Source of the DNA: Octopus sinensis
Taxonomy: Eukaryota
NCBI RefSeq assembly: GCF_006345805.1
Contig: NC_043004.1
Location: 21,638,001 to 21,702,000, forward strand
Reading direction: 5' to 3'
DNA: 64,000 bases
Positions 41,621 through 56,331 of this stretch are shown in pieces (position 1 is the first letter of the stretch; every line of letters begins with the position of its first letter). The translations under genes were made by a program, and so were the position numbers. The notes beneath the pieces were generated by a model. It was not told the origin of the DNA. It worked only from the letters and a program-made list of their open reading frames with translations, and did no database searches.

Positions 41621-42385
41621 GTTATCTGCAAACCCACGTTGCTTGGTGTGTGCAGCATTGTACGTTCTTTGTTGCTGCTGGGAGTGTGCGAACTCTTCCC
41701 CGTACTGTTTTGTGTTAGTCTTTTTCCTTGAGGTGTTGTCTTTTATTGTGTTACCGCTTGTATTGTGTGTTGAGCATGTAATGCTTTGGTTTATTGGATT
41801 GCCGATGGGAGTTTATTTCACTGGGTAAATGCTGTATAGAATGTGTCTTATATATGTGGGTTGTTTTGTTTAGCTTGTATTATTGGATTGATAGTCTCTT
41901 GCGTTGGGTGTGGGATGTTCCTAGCAGGGCTATTTGTTTGACATTGTGTAGTGTTTGAGCATCCTGGTATAGCGCCCAATGCTCCAATTATTATAGGTAT
42001 TGTTTTTACCTTCATACCCCATATTTTGAATACTTCAATTTCGAGGTCTTTGTACTTCGACAATTTCTCCACATCTTTTTGAAAATATTCTGGTCAGAAG
42101 GGACTGCAATATCTATCAGTAACCAAGTGTTTTTCCCCGATATTTGACTACAGTGTCAGGGGGATTAACTTTTATTTCTTTGTCGGTTTGAACCGGCATA
42201 TCCTAGATGATTGCGGCCTGATCGTTGTCTTATACCTTGCTTGGTTCATGCTTATACCACCTGCCGTAAGTTTTGATTTTGTAATGTTGGCATATTGCTT
42301 ATTAGTCGTGTCTGTATACACATTCAGACTTGGCGAGGACTAGGCAGTCCGAGATGACGTGGTCAGCTGTCTCATTTATCAGCAT
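41621..42385 (-). mobile_element. R4/Dong-type LINE 3' fragment from a different subfamily
   Basis: NETADHVISDC, WYKHEP, LIDIAVPSD, EKLSKYKDLEIEV..WGMKVKTIPIIIGALGAIP. The 5' end abuts an (ATC/ATT)n tract at 42385-42480. Confidence 0.85.
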
Positions 42386-43213
42386 TATCGTCATCATCAT
42401 TATTATCATTATTATTATTATCATCATTATTATTATCATCATTATTATTATCATTCTTGTTGTTGTTGTTGTTGTTATACACCTTTTGTTATTATAATGC
42501 TAATAATTATCGTTGTCACTAACTAAAATCTTTTACTCTATATTGATGCAATATTGAATGTAATATAAAGGAGATCGTAAAAATGCCTTTATTGACAGAA
42601 TATTTAATCCTAACAAATAACACAAATCCTATTTTACATCCAACCAATGTACAGTGTTTATTTGGTTAGAGTTTATTTCTTCTTCGCAATATTATTTTAA
42701 AAATTACACTTGATTCTCTTCTTACCATTGCACACCTAACAGAGAAATATGGGGTGAACTACACTAAGAAATATTTATGCTAGATATATCCGTCTTCTGA
42801 TATTTTGAAACCAATATTTATCCAAGACAAACGAATCTGAAACATCAGAGTGATGTAAGTTGCTCACGGAAGGAAAATAACTGCAGTAAGATCCAGATAC
42901 ATGATTTTAGTTTTGTACTTAATTTTATCTCATTATAGAAACAGTTTTCTTCTGTTATTGTCATCATCTTCAGTACGGTGTTGTATTTATTCATTGCCTT
43001 AGAATTTATATTTTGTCATTGAATTCACCTTCTTGCTCTGATCTAAGCAATTATCTATGCTGAAATTCAAAAACATTTCCGGGAAGATGAAGTACAGGTA
43101 ACCTTTTTTCTTGAGCTGTGTTCAAGTGATAGGACTTCGGTTCGCACAGAATTGAACTATTAGAAAATATAAAGATATTAAAAGGTAAAAACATTATTTG
43201 AAGCTGAAGTTTA

Positions 43214-43276
<63 letters not shown>

Positions 43277-46200
43277 CGTAGATCTTTGAGAGATGAGTAT
43301 ATATTTAAGTATGTGACCTACACATGCATAAACATATATATATATATATACACACACACACACGCATATGCACAAACACACAGACGCATACGCACGCACA
43401 CACAAGCACTCACATACACATAAACATACACACACAGTAAGGTAAACAGAAAGATACGTGAAAATGTACCAGAGTGAGAATAAGAAAATAGAAAATGTTC
43501 TATATTTTTTTTGTATAGACATTATACAGTGAGTAATAAACAATTTGCATCATATAATTTCTAATGCAACGAAAGAAATTATCGAGCAGATATCTTTAAG
43601 CTACGTAAGTATTAGTAACCAGTTATGATGTAACATAATAGCAACATATTTGTACGATGTTGCTATGATTTGTATGAAATGGAATCTTTCAACAATTTCG
43701 GTGCATTTTATGTATTCGTATAAATTAAAGTGAATTTTAAAATATTTAGAATGCATTTCTTAGATTAGTGTAATATTATTAAGGTTTACAATGCAATATT
43801 GAACGGAGCTATTTTCAGAGCATGTGACAGAATATTATTTTAGACTTAGTAAACTGCAAGTATACTTGCATCAATACATGTATAAAATTTGTAATGTAAA
43901 AAATTACTGTTTTGTGTATATGATATATATTTAATTAGGATGTTTTATTGTACTCCATGCACCCACATTTTAACTGTAATCCCTATGTATCATTAAACAA
44001 AGCACATAAAAATTAAGTAAACGAATCAAATATATTTCAAAAATAGATTTAATCGAATCGCACCACGAGGATCTATTTCCCACTCTATATAAACTATGTA
44101 TTTACAGCGTGATACGCAAAGTAGTTATTCTTTATCATTCAATGATAAATTTCTGACGAGTAGAATATGGAACAATGTGTTGCATAAGTAGCACTCCGTT
44201 GAAGGATCGAGTACAAATTCAACTGAGGAGAATCTACATATTGCATTAATTTACCGCAGGTGCGATGACTTAATTGCTATGGACATATAGGATAAATGAA
44301 ATACTTATACTGGAATAAAGATACGCAGTGATACTGGAAGATACATATGAAGGAAAAAATATGTGGAAGAAGATATGAGAAAACATTGTTAGGTAGTCAT
44401 GACAACGAGAAGAATATAAATAAGAGTAAATTTTAGGTTATCCTTTGATTGAAATTTGTTTCAAGCTCATCACTGTTGCTAAACACTGTTGCTTCTGTCT
44501 TAAGATCATCGGTAATCTTGTTTGTTTATCTATCTGTCGTTAAATCTCATTACTTTTTTAGTCGTGCTTTACTATTGAATAACAATGTTCGTGTTTTTTT
44601 AATACAATAACCCCCTCATATGACAATCATGGTAATGTGGCCGCCATCGTTGTCAAAATGTATCCTAATTTATCAATAATGCCCTTTTCCAATATAGCGA
44701 GACTATCATCAAGCACTTCAAAAGCAAACGAAAAAAAAATTTTTTTTTCCCATATTCTTAATTTCCTATTTGCTACTACCGATGAATAGTTACTCAGATG
44801 AGACAGCTGAGATTTAGAATGATGTTATGTACAGTAAGCGAAACGAGTAAGTGCTTCAACCAGATTCCTCATTGTCACAGCAATAATCGCTCCCCTTTAT
44901 CCCCAAGAAGTCAGATTATTAATTAATACAGTTGTCAGAATATCGAATAAAATAAAATAGTTTGAGTTATTTGCTTCGCCTCTATGCTCTCTTTTTGAAT
45001 CTTGTCGAGGTCAAATTTGCTTGTCTTCTTTTTGCCGTCGATAAAGAAAGAGTTGAGGGTAGTGGATTGGCAGCACTAGCAGAGTGTCGGATGAGATGAC
45101 CTACGATATTTGTTACGACTATTTACTTACTGATTTCAAATTCTGTCTAGCTGTTTAAATGCCCTGATGGTCACAACGTATCGCATGACTGTTGGAAAAA
45201 GATTTTACGATAATTGAAATGTTGGCAAAGGTTTCTGCTGCCTCTTCTCGTAGTATGAAGATGTTGTTTAAAATTATGTTTTCTGGTACACTAAATCCCT
45301 CAGTTGTTATCTCTGACACTTCTGATATATCAGTAACTTAGGAGATAAATAATTTACGTTTAGAATTAAAGAAAACAAAAAATAAAATAAAATGGAATAT
45401 AAAATATGAATTTGTTGGGTGAAAATTCAAAATATTGTCTTATATTATTGTGAAGGAGAAATGTAATATCACAACATACAAACTTGTTTTTAACTGATAA
45501 ACGAAGCCGAATTTATGCCACAAGCGAAAGTTTGGCGGTATTATATACAGGAGTTTTGTCCATAACAATAATTAGTTTAGAAATGGAGAGGTAAGGAGTG
45601 ATAGAAAGAGACAAGTCATCAGGTTATCTAAAGCAAAGAAAGAACTGAGTGTAAGAAAGATATTGATGTTAGGCTTGGAGGAATGGTGAGAGATGTAATA
45701 GTGTATCGAATTGGGAAACAGTGTGTTTGATTTAGCCAAGATATCGTGCTGTCTTAAACAAATTTTGTCAATGTTGATACTGCTACTGTTAATGATGATA
45801 ATGTTGATGAAGATTTTTAACTATTATATTTTAAAATGCATTTTTATTGGACAATAAATTCAAATCTCATTGATAGTTTTTTTAAATGTTATAAAAGTGA
45901 GAGACCGAATGAGTGAGAGTGTGAGATAGAGAAATAATATGTGTAGAAGAGAGAGGCGGGAGACAGACAGAACGACACAGAGAGAGAAAGAACGAATAAA
46001 GGGCAGACGAAGATTATCTAAGATATAAGAGATGACTGCGTACGTGTTTGTGCGAATGAAAAGAGAGAGAGAGAGAGTTAATATGTGTGTGCGTGTGTGT
46101 GTGTGTAAGTGAGAGAGATAGAGTGAAAGAGAGACACAAAGTCAGTGTATGAGAGGAAAGATATATGTTAGTATGTCTTTCAGAAGGAAGGACTCATTTA

Positions 46201-46731
46201 TATTCATTTGCAATAGTTAACGTTTTTTTCTTTCTTTTCCTTTTTTTTTTTTTGTCGGAAGAATATAATATAGCTGAATATGCAATTTAAGAAACATGAA
46301 ATCTTAGCAATTTTCAGTATAAATATACACACACAAACAAATAAGCAAACACGTACACAAAGACACACATATCACATTATTATACGAAGTCATTCAGTAA
46401 CGTAGGTTTTCATTACGTAGGTAGTGATTAACAGCTTTGTGAGAGCCTCAATGCATATTTAGATTGAAATACATGAAACCGTTGATGACTAGGGTGAGAA
46501 ATATACTGGAATTTCATGAGATGCCAAACAAATGCAAAAGATAATACTGTGAAACCCCCTTCGAATTAATGACGATCTAAATTAGAGACTTTCTTGTTTT
46601 TCTTATGAGTATTTTCCAACATCCTAGCTGAAGTTCCACTGAAAATCCTATTTGTACAATTTATTCTAATTTTTATACATAAATACAAGCACTTATACGC
46701 AGCTATACACATATTTTCCCTCTCGTTCCCC

Positions 46732-46777
<46 letters not shown>

Positions 46778-47045
46778 TAGGATAACAAGTAATGTAAGGT
46801 GAATTTACAAGCGTGTGATTTTGTAAATAAAAGTTTTAAACTCGCTCTGAGGAATATATAATAGTTAAGCTATAATTTATCTCTGTCTGGAACTCGAAAA
46901 AGAATACCAATATGTTTGTGTGTTTATTTATGTATGATAAGAGATTGGTGAGACTGTTCTATTAATTGATCGTATGGAGATTAGTAGTCTATAGCTAATT
47001 ACACTTTATACATAAACTACAACAGGATTAAATTAGTTTGTCCTA

Positions 47046-47129
47046 ATTTGCATAAGAGCGCATGCGTTGGCAGCACGAATAAGTTAAGAGAAGTAATACG
47101 GAGGTTTACAAAAATCGGAAATTATGGCG
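47046..47129 (+). promoter_or_regulatory. Cluster of promoter-type motifs
   Basis: ATTTGCAT (octamer, 47046-47053), GCGCATGCG (NRF1-like, 47058-47066), CGGAAAT (ETS-like, 47116-47122) and ATTATGGCG (YY1-like, 47121-47129) within 84 bp. Confidence 0.25.
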
Positions 47130-47761
47130 CACGTATTTTTAATAAACACACGCACATCGTGGTCACTCTTGCTGTTAAAACAACTTGCTGCTGTATGCCC
47201 CTTCTCCTTTTCACATTCCTTTCTAACGGTGAATCATCTACATACCTGTTTTCATTCATACATCCACGCACACAAGCACACACACATGTGAAACCACCAC
47301 CCCATATATATATTTATACATATATATATATATGTATATATACATGTACATATATATATATGCATGTATATATATGTATATATGCATCAGCACACACATA
47401 TACACATATGTTTATATGCACACACACACATGTAGCATACATGCACAAACATATATGGTAACCCATTCATAAGCATATTTATTCAACTTGAATAGATAAT
47501 ATATTCAATATATTTAAAAGTTGTAATATTTAGCGCTAATACCGGATATATTTGTCTGTATCTCAAGGGTGAATAATATTCTGGTTGGTGTGGGTGTCTG
47601 TTCATTATATCGTTTTATTGAATGGTGGCATTAGGCGTAGAACATATGCATTCTTCTTTAGAAATTAGTAGAACTTATGTGTTGGTGATTGTGATAGAAA
47701 TCAAAAATATTTGGAATAATTTTACTTTCTAAGTATAAAGCATTTTCAAAATGTATCAATT

Positions 47762-47926
47762 TTCCGACTTTACGTTCTGAGTTCAAATACCACCGAAGTC
47801 CACTCAACCTCTTATCCTTTCGGTGTCGATAAAATAAATACCAGTTAAGTACTGCTGGTGTCGATGTAACCGACCTACATCCACGTCACTGAATTTACTG
47901 GCCTTGTGCCAACATTTGAAACTAAT
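47762..47926 (+). mobile_element. Decayed, headless copy of the ~230-bp SINE
   Basis: ttacgttctgagttcaaatacc...atcctttcggtgtcgataaaat...ggccttgtgccaacatttgaaac. Confidence 0.75.
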
Positions 47927-48859
47927 ATGTATCATAATTGCTTTATTTACTTAGTTTTCTTGGTCAGAAAGATTTGATTATTTTCAGAGACTACTTCACT
48001 GGTAAGAAGAAGAATGGTATTCTCAGACTTGACGCTTGCTCCTAGGACATGCAATAACAGTAGCAAATCTACTGAAAGTATTATAAGACCAGATACTGGT
48101 ATTAAATTGAGTTACATATTTACTTTGCCATTTCTTGCTAAAACAATCCCTCATGTATTGCAAATCTGTAATTAAAATCACTTGCTTAATGTAGTATAAC
48201 GCAACCATGTGACTACTTACTGTGTTGCACATTCACTAACGACATCATAATGGGGAATCATAGAGTAGTTTCTGTGTTGTACACATCATATATAATAATT
48301 CATCGACATGGAAAATAGCTAAGAAAAACACGAAGTATTATCTTAGTGCATATGAAAATAATATGGTTTAAAGAGCAAAGCAATCGCTTCGTTATTTCAT
48401 GTCACTTTCAAGGCGTTATCTTGAACTGGACACATTTATTGACTGATAAGGTATAAATAATAACCTACATCTTTCATGTAATACTTCTAATGAAACATGA
48501 AAACGTCATAAGTTGCGTATTGGAGATCATCTTTACAGAATAGATATCATGTATGAAAGACTTTGGATATTTTGGAAGATATATATGATTGCACAGCGCC
48601 ATCAACAAGATATATGAACAATGCATGTGTATTTACTAGATGTGTGTGTGTGAGAGAGAGAAAGAAAGACAGGGAAGAGAGAGAGAAATGAAGTGATGGA
48701 TATACTAAGTCGCCGTATGAACTTGAGAATGTTGCAGATCAGAGTTTTCCCTCTTCCAGCCTTCCAGTATATAGATACACTAAAATATTCATTGAAGTAT
48801 TGTTTGAAATATATTCCAGTCGTTATACTCAATGAATTTTGCTATAAACTATTGTAATT

Positions 48860-49076
48860 ACTCTTTACTCTTTTACTCTTGTTTCAGTCATTTGACTGCG
48901 GCCATGCTGGAGCACCGCCTTTAGTTGAGCAAATCAACCCCGGGACTTATTCTTTGTAAGCCCAGTACTTATTCTATCGGTCTCTTTTGCCAAACCGCTA
49001 GGTGACGGGGACGTAAACACACCAGCATTGGTTGTCAAGCAATGCTAGAGGGACAAACACAGACACACAAACATAT

Positions 49077-49107
<31 letters not shown>

Positions 49108-49270
49108 CATATATACGACAGGCTTCTTTCAGTTACCGTCTACCAAATCCACTCACAAAGTATTGGTCGGCCCGAGGCTCAGCAGAAGACACTTGCCCAA
49201 GATGCCATGCAGTGGGACTGAACCCGGAACCATGTGGTTGGTAAGCAAGCTACTTACCCCACAACCACTT
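48860..49270 (-). mobile_element. tRNA-derived SINE, ~410-bp family (full length)
   Basis: Reverse complement of 4475-4894 at high identity, including the (CTCTTTTA)n tail. Confidence 0.9.
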
Positions 49271-50310
49271 AAATATTTTAATCATTTTTAATGTTTCTTC
49301 CTATATGAAATTTTTCAATGGTATTGAGTTTTGTCTGGTATTCATACAAAGCTGCTTTTGTAGAATTCAAAATCAGAACATGAGAAAACGTGACTCAACA
49401 CAACAGTTATTGCGCCAATCCACCGTCTTCCATAAATTAATCTGGCATATTACCAGTTCTATTAACTGACAGACCTTAGTTTTCGGATATATTAAATAGA
49501 TGTTTGGCTGTTTATCTTATGTGATCGAAACTTAGTGTACATATAGAGACATACACCAGTAGATAGTAAGCTATGTAAACAGGAAATATATGAATCTCGC
49601 TCCGTAATGTAGACACACAGTTAAACAGTAGACATTATCTTAGAAAGTTAAGCAAATTGTATACACATCCACTGAAATACTTAAATTAATTTTCCTCTGT
49701 TAGTAGACTGCATGTATCATATTATATATAAATTTGTATTTAATACGAGCAGAATTACTACGACAGAGCGGATATTGATGGGATATAGATGGAGAATAAT
49801 TTTAATAGTGTAAGATAACACAGCATACGAATTTATCAGTTGAAACATCTTCCGTGTTCTTTGTTATTAATGTCGCACCAAAAGCGAAAAATGGTTTCAA
49901 GTCTTTAATTTTGCTGCTGTATTGAAATATATAGTTTACTGTTTTGTAAGAACTACACTTATACGCTTAAGTATTTTGTTCTTAAGGTATTAATGTTTTT
50001 GTACTTTTGTCATTAGTAATGTGCATTGCAATGAATATAAATCATATGATGTATGGAATTGCTTTATCACAGTAGCAAGACACATACATATCTAATAATA
50101 CTTGAATTATAATGATGACAAGGCTGTGCGGTTGGTGGTAGTATTGTAGTCGTGGTTATAATTATGATTACTTAAGATGTCACACAGTATACAATATCAT
50201 GATGTTGATTCAAAATATTTTGTCTACCGGGGATTTGCACTGTCTGTCAAGTCACTAGGATCACAGCAGGCAGTACTTCACACAATATTCGTGCATTTCC
50301 AAGTAATACC

Positions 50311-50350
<40 letters not shown>

Positions 50351-50790
50351 TATATATGATTACTTTTTCTATCTGTAATTAAAAGTAGAACCAGGTGACT
50401 TCGTTCTTTTCAAGGCCAAGATCAGCGCTCTCATTGATCACTCGTAGAAGTAAACATAATTGACATCTGCAAACCCCAAGGGTGTGAGGTCGCTTTTATC
50501 TCCTTATCGCACAGCAATGCCCATTGCTGATCTCTTCACATCCAGCCGAATCTATTTACAGACTTGTGGAATTTCATCTATCTTACTCTTACTATTCCCT
50601 TAAACACTCACATATTGACGAGTGCAAGACAAAAGTTGAAACTAAACCACATTCAGTTATAACTTTTTATAATAAATGGAAATATTTTTATTAAGGTGGC
50701 AAACTGACAGAATCAGTAGCATGCCGGTGAAAATGCTTTGTGGAATTTTGTCGTAATTTTATATACATACATATACATATATATATAATG

Positions 50791-51092
50791 GTGTACATTT
50801 AAACACAAGAGACTACTGCCTTTAGCAGGCAGTTTTTTACACGCTAGAAGAAGTAGTCAAAACGACCAAAACCACATTTAAGAGCTATTTTCAGATGGAA
50901 TGAAAAATAGAAACTTTAACCTTGTTATTTTGTTCCGGTCAGCCCTAGGCTTCAAAATTATTTTACCAAATAAAATAATTTGCTAGGCGAAATTTCCTTC
51001 AGTGACCGCGCCATAACACTAACATATAATTAAGAGACGAATAACAAGTTTCTTATCGTTATACATTATATTTTTTTCAAATTGACCGCGCA
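50791..51092 (+). mobile_element. Half copy (left arm plus spacer) of the 18972-19566 fold-back element
   Basis: gtgtacattt..cacaagag..cacgctagaa..gtagtcaaaacgaccaaaaccacatttaagagc matches 18992-19280; embedded in TA tracts. Confidence 0.85.
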
Positions 51093-51124
51093 GTATATAT
51101 GCATGTATATATGCATGTGTGTGT

Positions 51125-51191
<67 letters not shown>

Positions 51192-52440
51192 CATGTATAT
51201 ATATATATACTTATATGTGTGTGTATCTGTGTGTGTTTATACTGTGGTCGTTGAGTAAACAAATCAGAATGCCAGCAGAAATAAAACACTAGAAAAATGG
51301 CAACTGCAATCATCTGGTTTATAAGACTATCTTCTTGACCACGTCATATTCTGATACAACTTAACTCACATATTCTTTTTCAATTATATTCTGTCAACAG
51401 ATTTAATTGCTAACACACACACAGATACGCACGCACGCACACATGTATTTATACCTACGCACGCATAATATATACTGTTGAATTTGTACAGTATATAGAT
51501 TTACACATATTCAGACAAGCAGCTCACATTGATAAAACAAATGGGAAGCGCGCAAGGCCGTATTTTGCTCGTCTCCTATTTATTTTGTCTTTGTCCATCG
51601 TCTTAAAATTACATATTTTTACTTCGGTATTTTCACTCTGTGTTGTTTTGTTTGCTTGAGGCCCGAGATTTTCTGCGGCTTTCGCAGGCACCACCTTTAT
51701 GGGAAGTTCTCAGTCTTACGGATAATGGTATAAAACTGGGTATTACCATTTTGGATGATAACTAAAGAAGAATTAGGGATCCTCTGTGTCTGTTTCCTGT
51801 CCACTTGTACACTCAGTATACGTATACGTATATTTACCTGTCATTGTTTATTTACAATGCATTTTTTTCATTTATTAAGTAAAGGTACGCAACGCACATC
51901 CGACTTTTTATATATATATATATATATAGTCTTGATTTACCAGAAGCGATCAGGACTCAATACAAATGCAGATTATTCTTTAATACACTATAACTGAACG
52001 GCACCGAGTACCTCGTTTCCGATCATCAGCTGATGAATCGAAGCAGGTTTTCTTCTGAGTGGTGCCGCTCTGAATATCTTTTGAAATATGAAATGAAAGT
52101 TTAAAGGAGATGCTGATCCTTCTGTACTTTCGAGTAAAAACTTTTGTATATGACATGTATGAAAACGACTGCTTCAAGCTCACGCTTTTAAATTCATTGC
52201 TGGTTTTCATGGTAATATTATTATAAACGCTATACATTCCATACAATCGAAGTCATAGAACTGCGTGGCTATTGAAGCAATGTTCTAAAATAATACTTTT
52301 ATGCAATGTATAATTAATACTTGGATGTTCATTCTGCATGCGCCTGTGCAGATATGAATGAATACATATACTCACATATAGATACGAATATTAAAATCGA
52401 TCTATCATTGACAGTCCTGATGTGACACATATTCGATCTG

Positions 52441-52868
52441 TTATCTTTTATCTGTTTCAGTCATTAGACTGCCGCCATGCTGGGGCACCGCCTACAAGAG
52501 CTTTTAGTCGAATGAATTGACCCCAATACTTTTTTATTAATCCTAATAGCTATTCTCCCACAGTACTTATTTTTTAAAGCCTTGTACTTGTTCTATCGGT
52601 ATTTTTTAGCCGACCCTCTAAGTTACGGGGACGTAAACAAACCATCACCGATTGTCAAGCAGTGATGAGGGGACAAACACACACAGGCACACATGTACAC
52701 ACGCATATATAAAACAGGCTTCTCTCAGTATCAGCCTACCAAATCCATTCACAAGGCTTTGGTGGTTCTGAGGCTATAGTAGGAGACGGTTGCCCAAGGT
52801 GCCACGCAGTGGGACTAAACCCGGAACCCTGTGGTTGGAAAGCAGGCTTCGTACCACACAGCCACAAC
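52441..52868 (-). mobile_element. ~410-bp SINE, moderately diverged
   Basis: tttcagtcattagactgc...gcagtgggactaaacccggaacc...ccacacagccac. Confidence 0.85.
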
Positions 52869-53409
52869 TATGTCTCTAAAAGTCATTCCCTCAAGCCTTC
52901 TTTTCTTGTGAACGTTCATGTAAATGGTTTTAGGCGACACTTTTCTCCTCCTAATTCAGCTGGTTCAGATTATTAAACATATAAATATGTAATCGTTTTA
53001 CTTTTGCAATCTGCAATTTGTAAAAGCACCTGAGAAGAAAAATATAGCAGATGAGTGAATAAATTCTATATACTTTCTGTCTTAATATAAAATTATGCTA
53101 TATATTATTCATGTGCATTTTACATTGAAATAATTGATCATTTTCGTCGTTATTTGTTACAAGAGAAACGTAAAACCTCTACACCACGTGGTAATATTAT
53201 TATAAACGTTATAAACTTCATACAGTCGAAGTCAAGAAACTGCGTTGCTCTTAAAGCAATAATACTAAAATAATACTTTTAAATCGTGACCTAAACCGCC
53301 ACCAAAATCTTAAAAAAGGAATAATATATCTTAGATATTTCAACTCTTTACACACACATATGCACACATACACTCAACGAAGCACACACACTCACACGCA
53401 CACGTAGCC

Positions 53410-54155
53410 GTAGGCATTGCTCTGTAGTCAAGAATTTCGCTTAGGAACCACTTAATTTCCTGTTTTCGGTTCAGTCACATTGCCCTACATCCTGGGTGGT
53501 GTCATCTACTATAGTCCCGAGGCGACCTATGCCCTGTAAGTGAAATGTTGGAAGGCTGTTGTCTATATCTCTATGTGTACATACATGCATATCTACATTT
53601 ATATATAGAGAGTTGATTCTCTTCTCGTTAGACGACTAGTGAGAGTTCTGCAATTTCTTGCTGAGTAATCACACATATGACTTGTTTTAGATCAAATTGA
53701 CATTGCACGTGCATCTGTAAAAAAGCTGTTACACGTCAGATGTTGAAATGATCACTGGGCAACGTGAAATGAAGTATTTTGTTCAAAAGCGCAACGTACT
53801 GCTCGGCCCACAAATCGGGAACACAATGTAGCAATCGTGAGTGGAACACCCCAAACACTAGACTATGCGCCTTCAAACACACGCACGCATACACACATAC
53901 ACACATAAACACACACGCACATTCAATGCATGTATATTTGTAAATGCTTGTATATCCTGGTCTGGTTTTGTGTGTGACATCCACCCAACGCTTGATAACA
54001 AGTGTTGTTTTGTTTACGACCGTGTGACATAGAAGTTGTGCAAAATATTCAATAAAATATGTAGCAGACTCAAATACTTTGGAAGAGTTATTAGCCTACA
54101 CCTTTATGATAGGGCTTCAACATGACTGCAGTAAAATGACTGCAATAAGAGAAAC
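53410..54155 (+). mobile_element. Old ~410-bp SINE with an enlarged central region
   Basis: Head-like cggttcagtcacattgc..ctactatagtcccgagg at 53410-53565; tail-like acgcttgataacaagtgttg...catgactgcagtaaaatgactg at 53985-54155. Confidence 0.5.
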
Positions 54156-54619
54156 AGTATTATTTGCGCGCGAATTTATGTGTGTGTTTGTAAAGTAGAG
54201 AGAGAGAGAGAGAGAGAGAAATAGAAAGGGTTAACTTTAAAAAGTATGGCTAAATGATAGACTGGACTATGTGATTCCTAATTTCCCAAAGACATTTACC
54301 TTCTACATTACTGAAGTTATTTTATACATGCAAACATCCATCACGTAAATGCAATCAATTCGGAGAAAAGAAAATCATTTTCATTAGGTGAAGATCAATT
54401 GCTGCATTTGTTGACATTATAATCGGAAAAATTCTTAAGAATTTTTCTTAAATCTGTGATAATATACAGCTGTGTTAATCTTCTCTTCTAGAAACCGCTA
54501 CAGGTATTGATTTTATAATCATTTGTCTCTCCACACGATTTTATCGATCGATAATACGCAAAGCATAACACACAGATGTTCCCAATAACTTGTTGCTAAC
54601 CAGTATAACAGATTGGTTC

Positions 54620-55050
<431 letters not shown>

Positions 55051-55389
55051 GCACGTGTGCATATGTAAGTATGTAAATAAAGGAGAGAAAGAACCGGAAA
55101 AAGGGATAGTGAGGAAGTGGTCTACAGCTGGTAAGATGGAAGATTTATAAATGCATTCGCAAGCATACATCCACACACATTCCTGCATACATTCACATAC
55201 ACGCACATGTATATTTACGTAAACAAACACGTATATCAGCTATATGAAATTCATATACGTGAGTTATGGCTATTTGCATATGCATATGGCAGTTTTTCAT
55301 ATAATTTTTAAATGCTAACTCATCTGAGTTTCTCAGTCTGCAAGCGAAATACTTTTGGCCTGTGGAAATGCCATCATAGATCTTTAATG

Positions 55390-55781
55390 TTTTACTTCTC
55401 TCATTCATTAGACTGCGGCGATGCTGTGGCACTAGCTTGAAGAATTTTTAGTCGAATGAATTAACTACAGTACTTATTAATCTAGTAGTTATTCTACCAG
55501 TTCCTTTTGCCGAGCTGCTATATCACGGTGACGTAAACACAGCAACACCGGTTGTCAAGCTATAGTGTGGAACAAAAACAAATACACACATATATACACA
55601 CAAACATTATATATATATACGACGATCTTATTTCAGTTTCCGCTAACCAAATCCACATATAAGGCTTTGTTCGCTCTGCGACGATAGCAGAAATTTTTTC
55701 CCCAGATGCTACGCTGTAGGACTGCACTCGGAACCATGTAGCTGGGAACCAAATTTCTTACCCTTCAAATACGCCTGTGCC
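55390..55781 (-). mobile_element. ~410-bp SINE, diverged
   Basis: cattagactgcggcgatgctg...tttcagtttccgctaaccaaatccac...ggactgcactcggaaccatg. Confidence 0.8.
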
Positions 55782-56331
55782 AAGCACCTTTGTTAAGTTC
55801 TAAACTAGGAAGTCTGGCAGATGTAAAATTCATTAGACATGTACATATTACATTAGTTCATACTAAACAAACATATACTAAAACGATTTATTTGAGAATT
55901 ACTAACAATACTTACTCATTGAGTGCAAGCAGTACTGTCTGCGCGACAAAATTACATGCAAAGAAAACGAATGAAATTGCTTTTGTAGTTTTCTTTCAAG
56001 GGAACTATTTCTAGTCTGATCTCACTGATGACTGAAATACAGTCTTGGTTCAGGTGTAACTTAGCGACAAACAGTTGGATGAAGAGTGTTTCCAGGAATT
56101 TACAATTCTCCTTCGACTATTCAAATTCATGGCTCGAGGTTGTAATGCTGGTTATGACGCTAAACCTGCGGAGATAATATAAAGTTTGAATCATAGATTC
56201 CGAATATTCTTGCCAAAGAAATGGAAATTGCTTTGACTTGCAGCTGGGAAAATTTGTGCAATCGTGTCCTCCTGCTCTATATTTTTCCAACGAGATAAGC
56301 ATTATGCAGCTACCAACACGACCCTTTGCAG

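Noticed and set aside
43048-43097. Possible 50-nt exon (IIYAEIQKHFREDEVQ, CAG|GTAACC)
   Set aside because: Plausible splice sites, but too short to support without homology or partner exons.
52005-52045. Palindrome TCATCAGCTGATGA with nearby GAAA
   Set aside because: No stem II on either strand, and no U at position 16.1.
56024-56055. CTGATGA followed by the hairpin gactg-aaata-cagtc
   Set aside because: No GAAA after the hairpin.
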